Below, in pieces: positions 38,796-47,845 of a DNA stretch of 64,000 nt; within the stretch, counting starts at the first letter, position 1; every line of letters begins with the position of its first letter. The notes beneath the pieces are model-generated. The model saw only the letters and a program-made list of their open reading frames with translations, ran no database searches and was not told the origin of the DNA. The stretch is from Synechococcus sp. (lineage in GTDB: Bacteria; Cyanobacteriota; Cyanobacteriia; PCC-6307; Cyanobiaceae), in NCBI GenBank assembly GCA_047284725.1, contig JBJBEO010000001.1, forward strand, positions 952,203 to 1,016,202. The letters run 5' to 3'. The position numbers and the translations under genes were made by a program.

Positions 38796-39350
38796 ATGCG
38801 ATCGTTGCTGCACTCACCACTTCGTCTGCTGATGACGCTGATGTGCGTGGTGATGCTCACCGCCTGCAGTGGTACGGCAGCTGGTCTCAATTCCTTTCAG
38901 AGCCCAGACGGTCGCTATGCCTTTCTCTATCCAACCGGTTGGACACGGGTGGCGGTCAGCAATGGTCCCCAGGTCGTCTTTCACGATCTGATCAACAGCG
39001 ATGAAACCGTCAGCCTGGTGGTGTCGGATGTGGATGCCGACGATGAGCTTCAGCAGCTTGGCAGTGCCGTTGCCGTCGGAGAGCGTTTGCGCCGGGATGT
39101 CATTGCCCCAGCCGGCAGTGGCCGTGATGCTCAACTGGTGGAGGCCCATGAACGTGAGGCCTCAGGCCATACGTTTTACGACCTCGAGTTTGCGGTGCAT
39201 CTTCAGGATCGCGATCGCCATGAACTCGCCACCGTGGTCGTTGATCGGGGCCGCCTCTACACCCTGGCGACCAGCACCAATGAGAGTCGCTGGCCCAAGG
39301 TGAAGGGTCTGTTCGAGAGGGTGGTCAGCTCTTTCACCCTGTTGATCTGA
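38796..39350 (+). CDS. psbP: Photosystem II CyanoP lipoprotein
   Basis: Lipobox LTAC; DGRYAFLYPTGW, VVFHDLI, RHELATV. Confidence 0.9.
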   Translation: MRSLLHSPLRLLMTLMCVVMLTACSGTAAGLNSFQSPDGRYAFLYPTGWTRVAVSNGPQVVFHDLINSDETVSLVVSDVDADDELQQLGSAVAVGERLRRDVIAPAGSGRDAQLVEAHEREASGHTFYDLEFAVHLQDRDRHELATVVVDRGRLYTLATSTNESRWPKVKGLFERVVSSFTLLI

Positions 39351-39380
39351 AGCGAGCGGATGGTGCTGGTGGGCGTGTTG

Positions 39381-40319
39381 TCAGAACAGGGGGCGTGTTC
39401 GCCAGCTGTTCGCTGGTTCTGCCTCTGAAGGTTCGCTCTGCGCTTGGTGATCACGCGAAGGCCATTGCGTGTCGAGGTAGCTGATGCCGTCCAGGTCAAA
39501 CGGTCTGGCGTCGAGCTGTTCTGTGTGCAGATCGGTGGTGCCCATGGCGGTGATCAATCCCCCCAGTTCCATTGGGCCCAGATCAGTTTTGAGGTTGCGG
39601 CCTGCTGCCGTGATCAGTGCGGGGAGTCGCATCACATTGTCTGGTCTGGTGAGTGATGAAAACAGGCTCTTGATCACTAGCTGTTGCCGTTGCAATCTCC
39701 CGAAATCCCCCTCACCGTCGTTGCGCCATCGCAGGAAACCCTCAAGCTCGCGTCCTTTCAGCAGCTGTGGGCCTGGTTGCAGGTCGATGTAGAGCCCCTG
39801 CGCGTTGTCAACGTAATAGAGGCGTTTGGGGACATCCACAGTGACCCCTCCCATCAGGTCGCTGATGGTGCGGATTCCTTCAAGATTCACAAGAAGGTGA
39901 TGCTGAATCGGGCGACCCATCAGGCGGGTCAGCTCCTGTTTCACCGCGTCCGTGCCGCCGTAGGCGTAAAGAGCATTGATTTTCATCGGTCCGAACCGGG
40001 CCGAATTGATGTAGCTATCGCGGGGAATCTGGATGATCTCGGTCTGGCCGTTCTCCACCCGAATGGTGAAAATCGTATCGGTATTGCCGCCACCGGCATC
40101 CATTCCGAGCACCACCACCTCCCGATCACCGATGCTTGTCCATGAGGAGAACGGATTGCTGACCGGCAGACCCAGCAGCGACAGCTGTTCACTGCTGTTG
40201 GGGAGCAGGGTCGAAGACAAGGGGATCGACAGCAGCAGACCCGAACCAAGCCCAAGCGCGATGGAGATCGCCAGTGATCTTGCGCGTGGACCAACCCGTT
40301 CGGGCAGAGGTGTTGTCAT
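39381..40319 (-). CDS. LCP (LytR-CpsA-Psr) family protein
   Basis: TDTIF, IPRDSY, KINALY, FLRWR, GDFGRLQRQQ. Confidence 0.9.
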   Translation of the reverse strand: MTTPLPERVGPRARSLAISIALGLGSGLLLSIPLSSTLLPNSSEQLSLLGLPVSNPFSSWTSIGDREVVVLGMDAGGGNTDTIFTIRVENGQTEIIQIPRDSYINSARFGPMKINALYAYGGTDAVKQELTRLMGRPIQHHLLVNLEGIRTISDLMGGVTVDVPKRLYYVDNAQGLYIDLQPGPQLLKGRELEGFLRWRNDGEGDFGRLQRQQLVIKSLFSSLTRPDNVMRLPALITAAGRNLKTDLGPMELGGLITAMGTTDLHTEQLDARPFDLDGISYLDTQWPSRDHQAQSEPSEAEPANSWRTRPLF

Positions 40320-40422
40320 GGAAAAACTCTAGATCTCGCTTGCTCTGGTGATGGAAGGAGGCGCCGTGATGCTGGGTGAAGAGAGATGCGGGTTAAGCGC
40401 GAAGGGGCTGATCCAACACGCA

Positions 40423-42510
40423 TTAGAGCAGCGGCTCGCTGATCACCATCGATGGGCAGGGCAGTTGACTGATCAGTCCACTGGTCCGGTCGCTGGCGGG
40501 GATTCGTAGGCCCGCCACCCGCCGACGCTGCGAGCGCAGGATCACCAGATCATGGTCTTTGCTCATGCGTTGGATTGTGGCGTCGATACCAGGGCCACGC
40601 ACCAGTGCAATGCGGATGTTCTGGCCCATGGCCCCACTGGGAATCCAGCGCGTCAGTTCCTGTTCCATCCACAGCCGGTCTTCGCCGCCAAAGCGGGGAT
40701 CGTGGATGTGAAGCAGCGAAATGTGGGGGGTCTTCGCTTCCGGGCATGAAGCCATCAAGCGCAGGGCGAGTTCAAACTGTTCCCTGGCACTGGCGGAGAG
40801 ATCTTTGATCGGCACCAGGATCCTGGCCAGCTGTTCGGCCTTCTGATTGGCCAGATGCACCACCACAACAGGGCAATGAGCGCTGCGACAGACGCTGTCG
40901 ACCAGGTCTCCGAACAGCCACTTGCTCAGCCTGTCGGGACGACCGGTGCCAATCAGCAGCAGGTCGGCGCCCTGCTCGAGCGCACTTCTGCTCATGCCAC
41001 CGGCAATGTCTTCATCCAGCCTCAGCAGGCAGTGGGTGGTGACCTTGAGTTGCTGGCCGATCAGGGCCGCATGGCTGAGCCGACTGCGCGCCGCGGCGAT
41101 GGCGCGATTCAGGCCTCCCCGGGCATCTTCCACACTCGGGCAAACCAGAGCCAAGGGAATCAACGTTCCACCAGCCCGTGTGGCCTGATGACCGGTCAGC
41201 AGTTTTGAGGCGATGCGCAGCAGTGCTTGTTCCGTGGCAGGGTTGGCGACTGGTACCAGGACGCTCAAGGGACGCTGCACCACCTCCGAGTAGCCGCTGG
41301 TCTGCGCGGAGGCCTGGCTGCTTGAAGGATCGCTGGGCTCCACCAGACGGGTGACCGATCGAGTCGTCAGAACCGGGCCAAGGGTGGCTGTGACAACCAT
41401 CAAGGCCAGGACGCTGTTGAGGACGACGGCATCGAGCAGTCCTGCCTGATAGCCCACGAAGGCGGTTGCCAGGGTGGCTGCGACCCTTGGGATCGACAGC
41501 GACCACATCATCAGGATCTGGTTGCCGGTGTAACGGAACCAGCGACCGGCGATCAGAGACGCGAGTCCTTTGCATCCCAGGGCCCCGATCAGCATCAGCG
41601 CCGTGAATTCGAAATTGCTGATGCTGGCGCCAAGGCTGTTGATGTCGAGCAGAAGGCCGAGGTAGATGAAAAAGATTGGAACGAACAGGGCTCCACCCAC
41701 AAAGATCACCAGCTCTTTCGTTTTGCCTTCAGGCAGCACGGAATTGACGGCAAGGCCAGCGAGGAAGGCCCCCACAATCTTCTCGACCCCGGCCAATTCG
41801 GCACCCAGGGAGGCGATGAACAGCACCAGGATCACCGCCAAGAAAACCCTGTTCTCGTCAGTGATGCTGCGCAGCCATAGCCGTTTGCCGATGGCACGGA
41901 TCCCGAACACAACCAGGGCTGCAAAGACCACGATGCTGATCAGCAGGCCGATGAATCCTGTGGGTGTGAGGTTCCCTTTCGCCAGGCCAAGGGTGACGGC
42001 AAGCAACATCAGGGCAGCGATGTCGGTGAGGATTGTGCTGCCGACGCTCACAATCACCGACTCATCTCGCTGAGCGCCATAGCTGCGCACGATCGGGTAA
42101 CCCAGTGGGGTGTGGGTGGCCATCAAGGCCCCCAACAAGAGACACGGGACGAGGCCGAGGCCAAACAAAGAGCCGATGCCAACACCGGTACCGACGCCGA
42201 GCACAAACACCAACAGTCCAAAGCTCACCGAACGGTGCTTGACCCGGTTGAATTCCTCTAGGTCGATCTCCAGCCCAACGATGAACAGCAGATAGATGGC
42301 ACCGATATCGGAGAGCAAACGAATCGTTTCTCCATCGGCGTCCAACCAGCGAAGGCCATGGGGACCGGCTACCAGCCCTGCCAGCAACAACCCCACGAGG
42401 TCGGGAAGACCAAAACGGCGGATCAGGGGCGGAACGGCCACGGTGATCGCCACCAGCAGCGCAAAGGTGCCCAGTGGGTGGTGCATCAGATGGGAGAGCG
42501 ATGCACCCAT
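40423..42510 (-). CDS. Cation:proton antiporter (CPA2) with C-terminal USP-like domains
   Basis: Many TMs, FIVGLEIDL, ATHTPLGYPIV, IVGAFLAGL; VLVPVANP and ILVPI USP-like repeats. Confidence 0.88.
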   Translation of the reverse strand: MGASLSHLMHHPLGTFALLVAITVAVPPLIRRFGLPDLVGLLLAGLVAGPHGLRWLDADGETIRLLSDIGAIYLLFIVGLEIDLEEFNRVKHRSVSFGLLVFVLGVGTGVGIGSLFGLGLVPCLLLGALMATHTPLGYPIVRSYGAQRDESVIVSVGSTILTDIAALMLLAVTLGLAKGNLTPTGFIGLLISIVVFAALVVFGIRAIGKRLWLRSITDENRVFLAVILVLFIASLGAELAGVEKIVGAFLAGLAVNSVLPEGKTKELVIFVGGALFVPIFFIYLGLLLDINSLGASISNFEFTALMLIGALGCKGLASLIAGRWFRYTGNQILMMWSLSIPRVAATLATAFVGYQAGLLDAVVLNSVLALMVVTATLGPVLTTRSVTRLVEPSDPSSSQASAQTSGYSEVVQRPLSVLVPVANPATEQALLRIASKLLTGHQATRAGGTLIPLALVCPSVEDARGGLNRAIAAARSRLSHAALIGQQLKVTTHCLLRLDEDIAGGMSRSALEQGADLLLIGTGRPDRLSKWLFGDLVDSVCRSAHCPVVVVHLANQKAEQLARILVPIKDLSASAREQFELALRLMASCPEAKTPHISLLHIHDPRFGGEDRLWMEQELTRWIPSGAMGQNIRIALVRGPGIDATIQRMSKDHDLVILRSQRRRVAGLRIPASDRTSGLISQLPCPSMVISEPLL

Positions 42511-42543
42511 GGTCAGAACCGTGTTCGCTGAGGGTTGGAAGGG

Positions 42544-44349
42544 TTAGATCACCAGGGCTTCGCCGGGCAGCAGCCCTGCTTGCACACGCCAGAGGTCGGC
42601 GTAGGCACCACCTCGGCGCAGCAGGGTTGGGTGATTGCCCTGTTCCACGATCCTGCCCTGGTCCATCACCACAATCTGATCAGCGTGCCTCACGGTGCTG
42701 AGACGATGGGCAATCACCAGTGTGGTGCGGTTGGCTGTGATGTGCATCAGGGATCGCTGGATCGCCGCTTCTGTTTCATTGTCGACAGCTGCGGTGGCTT
42801 CATCGAGTACCAGAATCGGTGCATTTTTCAGAATCGCCCTGGCCAGAGCGATGCGCTGGCGCTGTCCACCAGAGAGGCGTTGTCCCCGCTCCCCGACGAT
42901 GGTGTCGTAGCCCTGGGGCAGAGAGGTGATGAAGCCATCGGCTTCCGCCAACTGGGCGGCTTGGATCAGGGATTCGCGGGAGGTCTCCGGTGCGCCATAG
43001 GCGATGTTCTCGGCCACTGTGCCGTGGAAGAGATACACGTCTTGGCTGACCAGGGCGATGCAGCGTCGCAAGTCGCCCAGCTCAAGACTGTCGATCGGAT
43101 GACCATCGAGGAGGATCGTGCCGCCGCTCAGGGGATAGAGCCGCAGTAGCAATTTCACCAGAGTGCTCTTGCCTGAGCCGGTGGCACCCACGATGCCGAT
43201 GGTCTGCCCTGCCTTGATCTGCAGGCAGAAGTCTTTGAGCAGCAGCGGACGATCGCGGTAGTGGAAAGCCACATGGCGATACTCGATCGCTCCTCCCACC
43301 ACCTCGTGCGCCAAACGATTGGTGCCGCTGGTGATCTGGATCGGGGTATCGAGGAGATCGAGCACCCGGCGCGTGGAGGCCATTGAACGTTGGTAATCGT
43401 CGAGGGTGCGGCCCAGGGTGGTCAGCGGCCACAGCAGCCGCTGGGTGATGAACACCAGAAAGCTGTAGGTGCCGATCGACAGCTCACCTCGCCAGGTCTG
43501 CAAGCCGCCGATGAGCAGGATGGCGATGAAAGCAAACAGAATGGCGAAACGGATCAGAGGGATGAATGCTGCCGACAGGCGGATCGCTCGTCGGTTGCTC
43601 TGTCGGTAGGCATCGCTGGCTTGGCGGAGCCTCTCCAGCTCCCAGCCTTCAGCAGTGAAGCTCTTGATCGTGAGCATGCCGCTGAGGTTGTTGGCCAGGC
43701 GAGATCCAAGACTGCCGGCCTGATCACGCACCTCCCGATACAGCGGTGCAAGTCGCCGTTGGAATTGCAGGGACCCCCACAGAATCACTGGAATCGGCAG
43801 ATAGGCGAACAACGCGACCCCAGGAGCCAGCAGCGCCATTGCACCACCCACCAGCAGCACTGTGGTGACCAACTGCAGAATCTCGTTGGCGCCGCGATCG
43901 AGAAAGCGTTCGAGCTGATTGATGTCCTCATTGAGCACGGTCAGCAACCGGCCGCTGCTGTCGTGCTCGAAGAAGTCCATTTCCAGGTTCTGGAGATGGT
44001 CATAGGCCTCGAGACGCAGGCTGTGTTGCGTGGTTTGGGCCAGATTCCGCCAAAGCACGCCGTAGAGATATTCGAACAGGGATTCTGCCGTCCACACAAG
44101 AAATGACAGGGCTGCAAGCACCAGCAACTGCGTCGGGACTGTCGCTGCTCCCAGTTGTGCAAGCAAGGCCGTTTGTTGTTGATCACGGCTGCTGGCTGCA
44201 AGCACATCCACCGCAAGGGCAATCAACACAGGCGGTGCCAGATCAAACACCTTGTTCGTGATGGAGCAGAGCACTGCCCAGGCCACCAGGCGCTGTTGGG
44301 GTTTGAGGTGTTGCACTAACCGCTGCAGGGTTCGTCCCGTTGGATTCAA
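42544..44349 (-). CDS. ABC transporter, fused permease/ATP-binding (MsbA-like exporter)
   Basis: GATGSGKST, LSGGQRQRIALARA, LDEATAAVD, IAHRLST; start placed at TTG 44349, uncertain. Confidence 0.9.
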   Translation of the reverse strand: MNPTGRTLQRLVQHLKPQQRLVAWAVLCSITNKVFDLAPPVLIALAVDVLAASSRDQQQTALLAQLGAATVPTQLLVLAALSFLVWTAESLFEYLYGVLWRNLAQTTQHSLRLEAYDHLQNLEMDFFEHDSSGRLLTVLNEDINQLERFLDRGANEILQLVTTVLLVGGAMALLAPGVALFAYLPIPVILWGSLQFQRRLAPLYREVRDQAGSLGSRLANNLSGMLTIKSFTAEGWELERLRQASDAYRQSNRRAIRLSAAFIPLIRFAILFAFIAILLIGGLQTWRGELSIGTYSFLVFITQRLLWPLTTLGRTLDDYQRSMASTRRVLDLLDTPIQITSGTNRLAHEVVGGAIEYRHVAFHYRDRPLLLKDFCLQIKAGQTIGIVGATGSGKSTLVKLLLRLYPLSGGTILLDGHPIDSLELGDLRRCIALVSQDVYLFHGTVAENIAYGAPETSRESLIQAAQLAEADGFITSLPQGYDTIVGERGQRLSGGQRQRIALARAILKNAPILVLDEATAAVDNETEAAIQRSLMHITANRTTLVIAHRLSTVRHADQIVVMDQGRIVEQGNHPTLLRRGGAYADLWRVQAGLLPGEALVI

Positions 44350-44422
44350 GCGTTCTGTTGCGGATGAACGGTTTTTTCCTGCAGTCAGTTCTAGACCTGA
44401 ATCAGAGATCGATGAGGTGTCT

Positions 44423-44620
44423 ATGACCCGTTCCCGCTCGATCAATCGGTTCCATCGCTTTGTCGCCCGCAAGCGTCGCCGCGGTCTTCGCGCGGCGTTG
44501 CCTCATCTGCGGGTTGATCACTTCGAGATGAGTGAACCGATCGATGTTTCCGATCGGTTGATCAACCGCACCGCTGACGCGGATCTGCGTCAGGAGATGC
44601 AGGAGCTCTCCGACGCCTGA
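44423..44620 (+). CDS. Small hypothetical protein (65 aa; basic N-terminus, acidic C-terminus)
   Basis: GAGGTG RBS just before ATG 44423; MTRSRSINRFHRFVARKRRRGLR...QEMQELSDA. Confidence 0.55.
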   Translation: MTRSRSINRFHRFVARKRRRGLRAALPHLRVDHFEMSEPIDVSDRLINRTADADLRQEMQELSDA

Positions 44621-44669
44621 AGGTTGATTGGGGCGAGCAAGTTTGATGCCTGAACGAAGTCCAGTCATC

Positions 44670-44695
44670 AAAAAGGCCACTACTCAGTAGTGGCC
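44670..44695 (-). terminator. Intrinsic terminator after rbp
   Basis: AAAAA-GGCCACTAC-tca-GTAGTGGCC on the plus strand, giving hairpin plus U5 on the minus strand. Confidence 0.8.
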
Positions 44696-44726
44696 GGCAA
44701 TGGATGGAAGGGCGACAGGCCTTCGA

Positions 44727-45032
44727 TCACCAGCGGTTGCCACCGCCACCGCCACCGTAGCCACCGCGGCCACCGCCACCACCGGTGCGCTCACGGGGGG
44801 TGGCTTTGTTGACGCGGATCATGCGACCCATCCATTCAACGTTCTGGAGATCGTCGATGGCTTTTTGTTCGTCGGCGTCGCTGTTCATTTCAACGAAGCC
44901 GAAACCCCGCTTGCGACCGGTTTCGCGGTCGAGGGGGAGGCTGGCGCTCTTCACCTCGCCGTACTGGCTGAACAGGTCAAGCAGATCTTCCTGCTCAGCC
45001 TGGAAGGAGAGGTTGCCGATGTAGATGGTCAT
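44727..45032 (-). CDS. rbp: RRM RNA-binding protein with glycine-rich tail (Rbp family)
   Basis: RNP2 IYIGNL, RNP1 RGFGFVEM, GGGGRGGYGGGG tail. Confidence 0.95.
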   Translation of the reverse strand: MTIYIGNLSFQAEQEDLLDLFSQYGEVKSASLPLDRETGRKRGFGFVEMNSDADEQKAIDDLQNVEWMGRMIRVNKATPRERTGGGGGRGGYGGGGGGNRW

Positions 45033-45218
45033 TCCTGTGGGGACCGGTGGACGTTTGTGATCAGTGAAGCCGTGGTCCGAAAAGGAAGTCCTTGATGCTG
45101 AAGCTGGTGAGCTGAAGCCTGGGGGAGCGAGCCGATCAGAGCCGAACGCTGAAGCTGATGCCTGACCAAGCTACAGCGCAACAGGAGCGATTCGTTTTTT
45201 TAAAGGCGCGAGCCCGGT

Positions 45219-45509
45219 TCAGAGTTTGTAGCGGGCCGCTGCTTTTGTCTTGCAGCTTGCTTGTGCGGCCTCGATCGCTGCACCCGTTTTGACTTCGTTG
45301 AGGAAGCAGTCGCAGGTGAACGTTCCCATGCCATCGGGGGGTGTTTCCCCTGCCGTGTTCATGGCCGCATGGAACGCAGCTAGACAGAACTGAGTGATCA
45401 GTCCGTCGTCAGCGCGGCCGGCTCCCGACCCGCTCAGGAGTCCCATGGCCAGAGTGAAAGGCACCAGGCTGGCCTTCAAGAAAGCGGCAGGAGGTGGTGC
45501 CATGGCCAT
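45219..45509 (-). CDS. Small exported Cys-containing hypothetical protein
   Basis: Signal-like N-terminus; FC...TCDCF...SCK; TGATG overlap with the deaD stop. Confidence 0.65.
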   Translation of the reverse strand: MAMAPPPAAFLKASLVPFTLAMGLLSGSGAGRADDGLITQFCLAAFHAAMNTAGETPPDGMGTFTCDCFLNEVKTGAAIEAAQASCKTKAAARYKL

Positions 45510-47329
45510 CAGGATGCGGGACGAATTTGCAGTTCCTTGTTCATCACCTTGAGGCGCTGAAGGGAGTTGAAAACATCCTGAGGCATTCCCTTGGGCAGAT
45601 CCACAAAACTGTGCGATTCAAAAATCTGGATCCTTCCGATCATGCGGCCCTGCAAGCCAGATTCGTTGGCGATGGCTCCCACCAGATTGCCAGGTTTGAC
45701 CCGATCGCGATGGCCCACTTCCACGCGGAAGCGCTCCATGTTCTCTTCAGGGGGCCGGGATGCACGCTCCGGTCTGCGCCGATCACCACGATCGCTGAAG
45801 CGCCCGTCCCTGCGTTCGAAACGCTGTCCCTGCCGTCCAGTGTTCTGCAGCCAGCTTTCGTCGCCTTGCACCAGCAGCGGACCATCGCCCACCGCCAGGG
45901 TGAGAGCAGCAAGGGCAAGCCTGGAAGGTTCCAGATCGTGCTCCTGCGCAACGCGCTGCAGTATCTCCTGCAGCAGCACAGCTTCATCGGATTGCGCGGA
46001 GTCGGCAGTGGCTGCATCCGTCAGACGCTGACGAAGTTTGTCCAGGCGTGATTGGTTGATTTCAGCGTTGCTGGGAATGGCCATCGGCTCGATGGCCTGG
46101 CCAACGGCGCGCTCAAGGTTGTTGACGAAGCGGCGCTCTCTGGGTGTCACAAACAGGATGGCTTCACCACTGCGACCGGCTCGACCCGTGCGGCCGATGC
46201 GATGCACATAAGCCTCACTGTCAAAGGGCATGTCGTAGTTGATCACAAGTCCGATGCGATCAACATCGAGGCCGCGGGCTGCCACATCGGTGGCAACAAG
46301 GATGTTCACGGTGCCTTTGCGCAGCCGTTCAACGGTGCGCTCCCTCTGGTTCTGGGGAACATCGCCATTGAGAACCGCCACATCATGGCCAGCCGCTTCC
46401 AAGGATTCCGACACGTTGAGGGTGATCGCTTTGGTGCGGGCAAAAATGATCACCCCTTCACCCGTCACCGCCTCGAGGACCCGGTTCAAGGCTTCCAGTT
46501 TGTGACTGTTCTGAAGGGTGATGCAGCGCTGGCGAATCCGACGGGCTTCCTTGTCTTTTGTTTTGATCGTGATCTCTGCTGGTTCTCGTAGATAACGCTT
46601 CGACAGCCGTCGGATTTCCGACGGCATCGTGGCGGAGAACAGCACGACCTGGCGTTCTTCAGGCAGTTGATCAAGGATCCATTCGACGTCGTCGATGAAG
46701 CCCATCCGCAGCATTTCGTCGGCTTCGTCAAGCACGAGACTGCGCAGTCCGCTGGTATCGAGGGTGCCCTGGCGCATGTGGTCCATCACCCGGCCGGGCG
46801 TTCCAACCACCACGTCAACGCCACGTTTGAGGGTGTTGATCTGGGACCGGAAATCAGATCCGCCGTAGATCGCCAGCACCTTGAGATGGGGGTGACCTGC
46901 GGAGTAGGCCTTGAAGGAGTCGGCCACCTGCATCGCCAATTCCCGGGTGGGAGCCAGCACCAGGGCCTGGGGTTTGGAGGCATCCTTCTGGAGCCGTTCG
47001 AGCAGGGGGAGGGCAAAGGCGGCTGTCTTGCCGGTGCCGGTTTGGGCCTGGCCGACCAGATCACGGCCCAGCATCAGCTCAGGGAACGTGGCCGCCTGAA
47101 TTGGGGACGGTTCCTTGTAGCCCTTGGCGGCGAGGGTATTGAGCAGAGCTTCACTGAAGCCGAAACCTTCGAAACCGGAACTGGATTCGCTTGCAGGTTC
47201 GATCACTGTGGTGAACACATCGGCCGATTCAGCACTCTGTTCAGGTGTGGGGTCTGTCGTGGTCTGCAGATCTGTGGCGCTGAGATCCACTGAGCACGCG
47301 AAATCACCGTGCGCTGCACTCTGAGTCAT
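45509..47329 (-). CDS. deaD: DEAD-box RNA helicase with DbpA RNA-binding domain (DeaD/CsdA type)
   Basis: AQTGTGKT, PTRELA, DEAD, SAT, HRIGRTGRAG; C-terminal VGHRDRVKPGNLVGAIANE. Confidence 0.95.
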   Translation of the reverse strand: MTQSAAHGDFACSVDLSATDLQTTTDPTPEQSAESADVFTTVIEPASESSSGFEGFGFSEALLNTLAAKGYKEPSPIQAATFPELMLGRDLVGQAQTGTGKTAAFALPLLERLQKDASKPQALVLAPTRELAMQVADSFKAYSAGHPHLKVLAIYGGSDFRSQINTLKRGVDVVVGTPGRVMDHMRQGTLDTSGLRSLVLDEADEMLRMGFIDDVEWILDQLPEERQVVLFSATMPSEIRRLSKRYLREPAEITIKTKDKEARRIRQRCITLQNSHKLEALNRVLEAVTGEGVIIFARTKAITLNVSESLEAAGHDVAVLNGDVPQNQRERTVERLRKGTVNILVATDVAARGLDVDRIGLVINYDMPFDSEAYVHRIGRTGRAGRSGEAILFVTPRERRFVNNLERAVGQAIEPMAIPSNAEINQSRLDKLRQRLTDAATADSAQSDEAVLLQEILQRVAQEHDLEPSRLALAALTLAVGDGPLLVQGDESWLQNTGRQGQRFERRDGRFSDRGDRRRPERASRPPEENMERFRVEVGHRDRVKPGNLVGAIANESGLQGRMIGRIQIFESHSFVDLPKGMPQDVFNSLQRLKVMNKELQIRPAS

Positions 47330-47433
47330 GTTGAAAAGGCAGTGGCCTGATTGATCCCTTCAAGTCAGGCCTGCAAAGTCCAACACGGCCGTAACCGTTC
47401 TGATTGCTTGCCTTCCCCATCAAGGTTGATTCA

Positions 47434-47811
47434 TCAACTTAACACTCTGCCGAAATCATCTTCCAACCGTTCAATGTCGCTTTCCTGCAGGACTGCACCG
47501 TGCTGGACTTCGATCAGCAGCAGACCCTGGTCACCGGCTTGGGCACGATGAAGGGCCCCGCAGGGGATGGACAGCGTGCTGCCTGCGCGTGCTTCGCTCC
47601 AGGTGTCGTGACAGAACAGAGCTCCTGCACCTTCCGCAACCGTCCAGTTTTCGCTGCGATGGTGATGTCGTTGCAGGCTCAGACGTTGCCCTGGGTTGAG
47701 CCAAAGGCGTTTGAGCTTGTATTCAGGACCTTCGAGAAGATCCTCGTACCACCCCCAGGGGCGAATCACCCGTGTGTCTGTCTTGGTCACCGCAACCCTG
47801 CAGGGTTTCAA
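47434..47811 (-). CDS. Mannose-6-phosphate isomerase type II C-terminal cupin protein
   Basis: RPWGWY, RLSLQRHHHRSENW, IEVQHG..L.ESDIERLEDDFGR. Confidence 0.88.
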   Translation of the reverse strand: MKPCRVAVTKTDTRVIRPWGWYEDLLEGPEYKLKRLWLNPGQRLSLQRHHHRSENWTVAEGAGALFCHDTWSEARAGSTLSIPCGALHRAQAGDQGLLLIEVQHGAVLQESDIERLEDDFGRVLS

Positions 47812-47845
47812 GCATGGCGAGGCTGGTCCTTGCTGGCCAGCGGCA

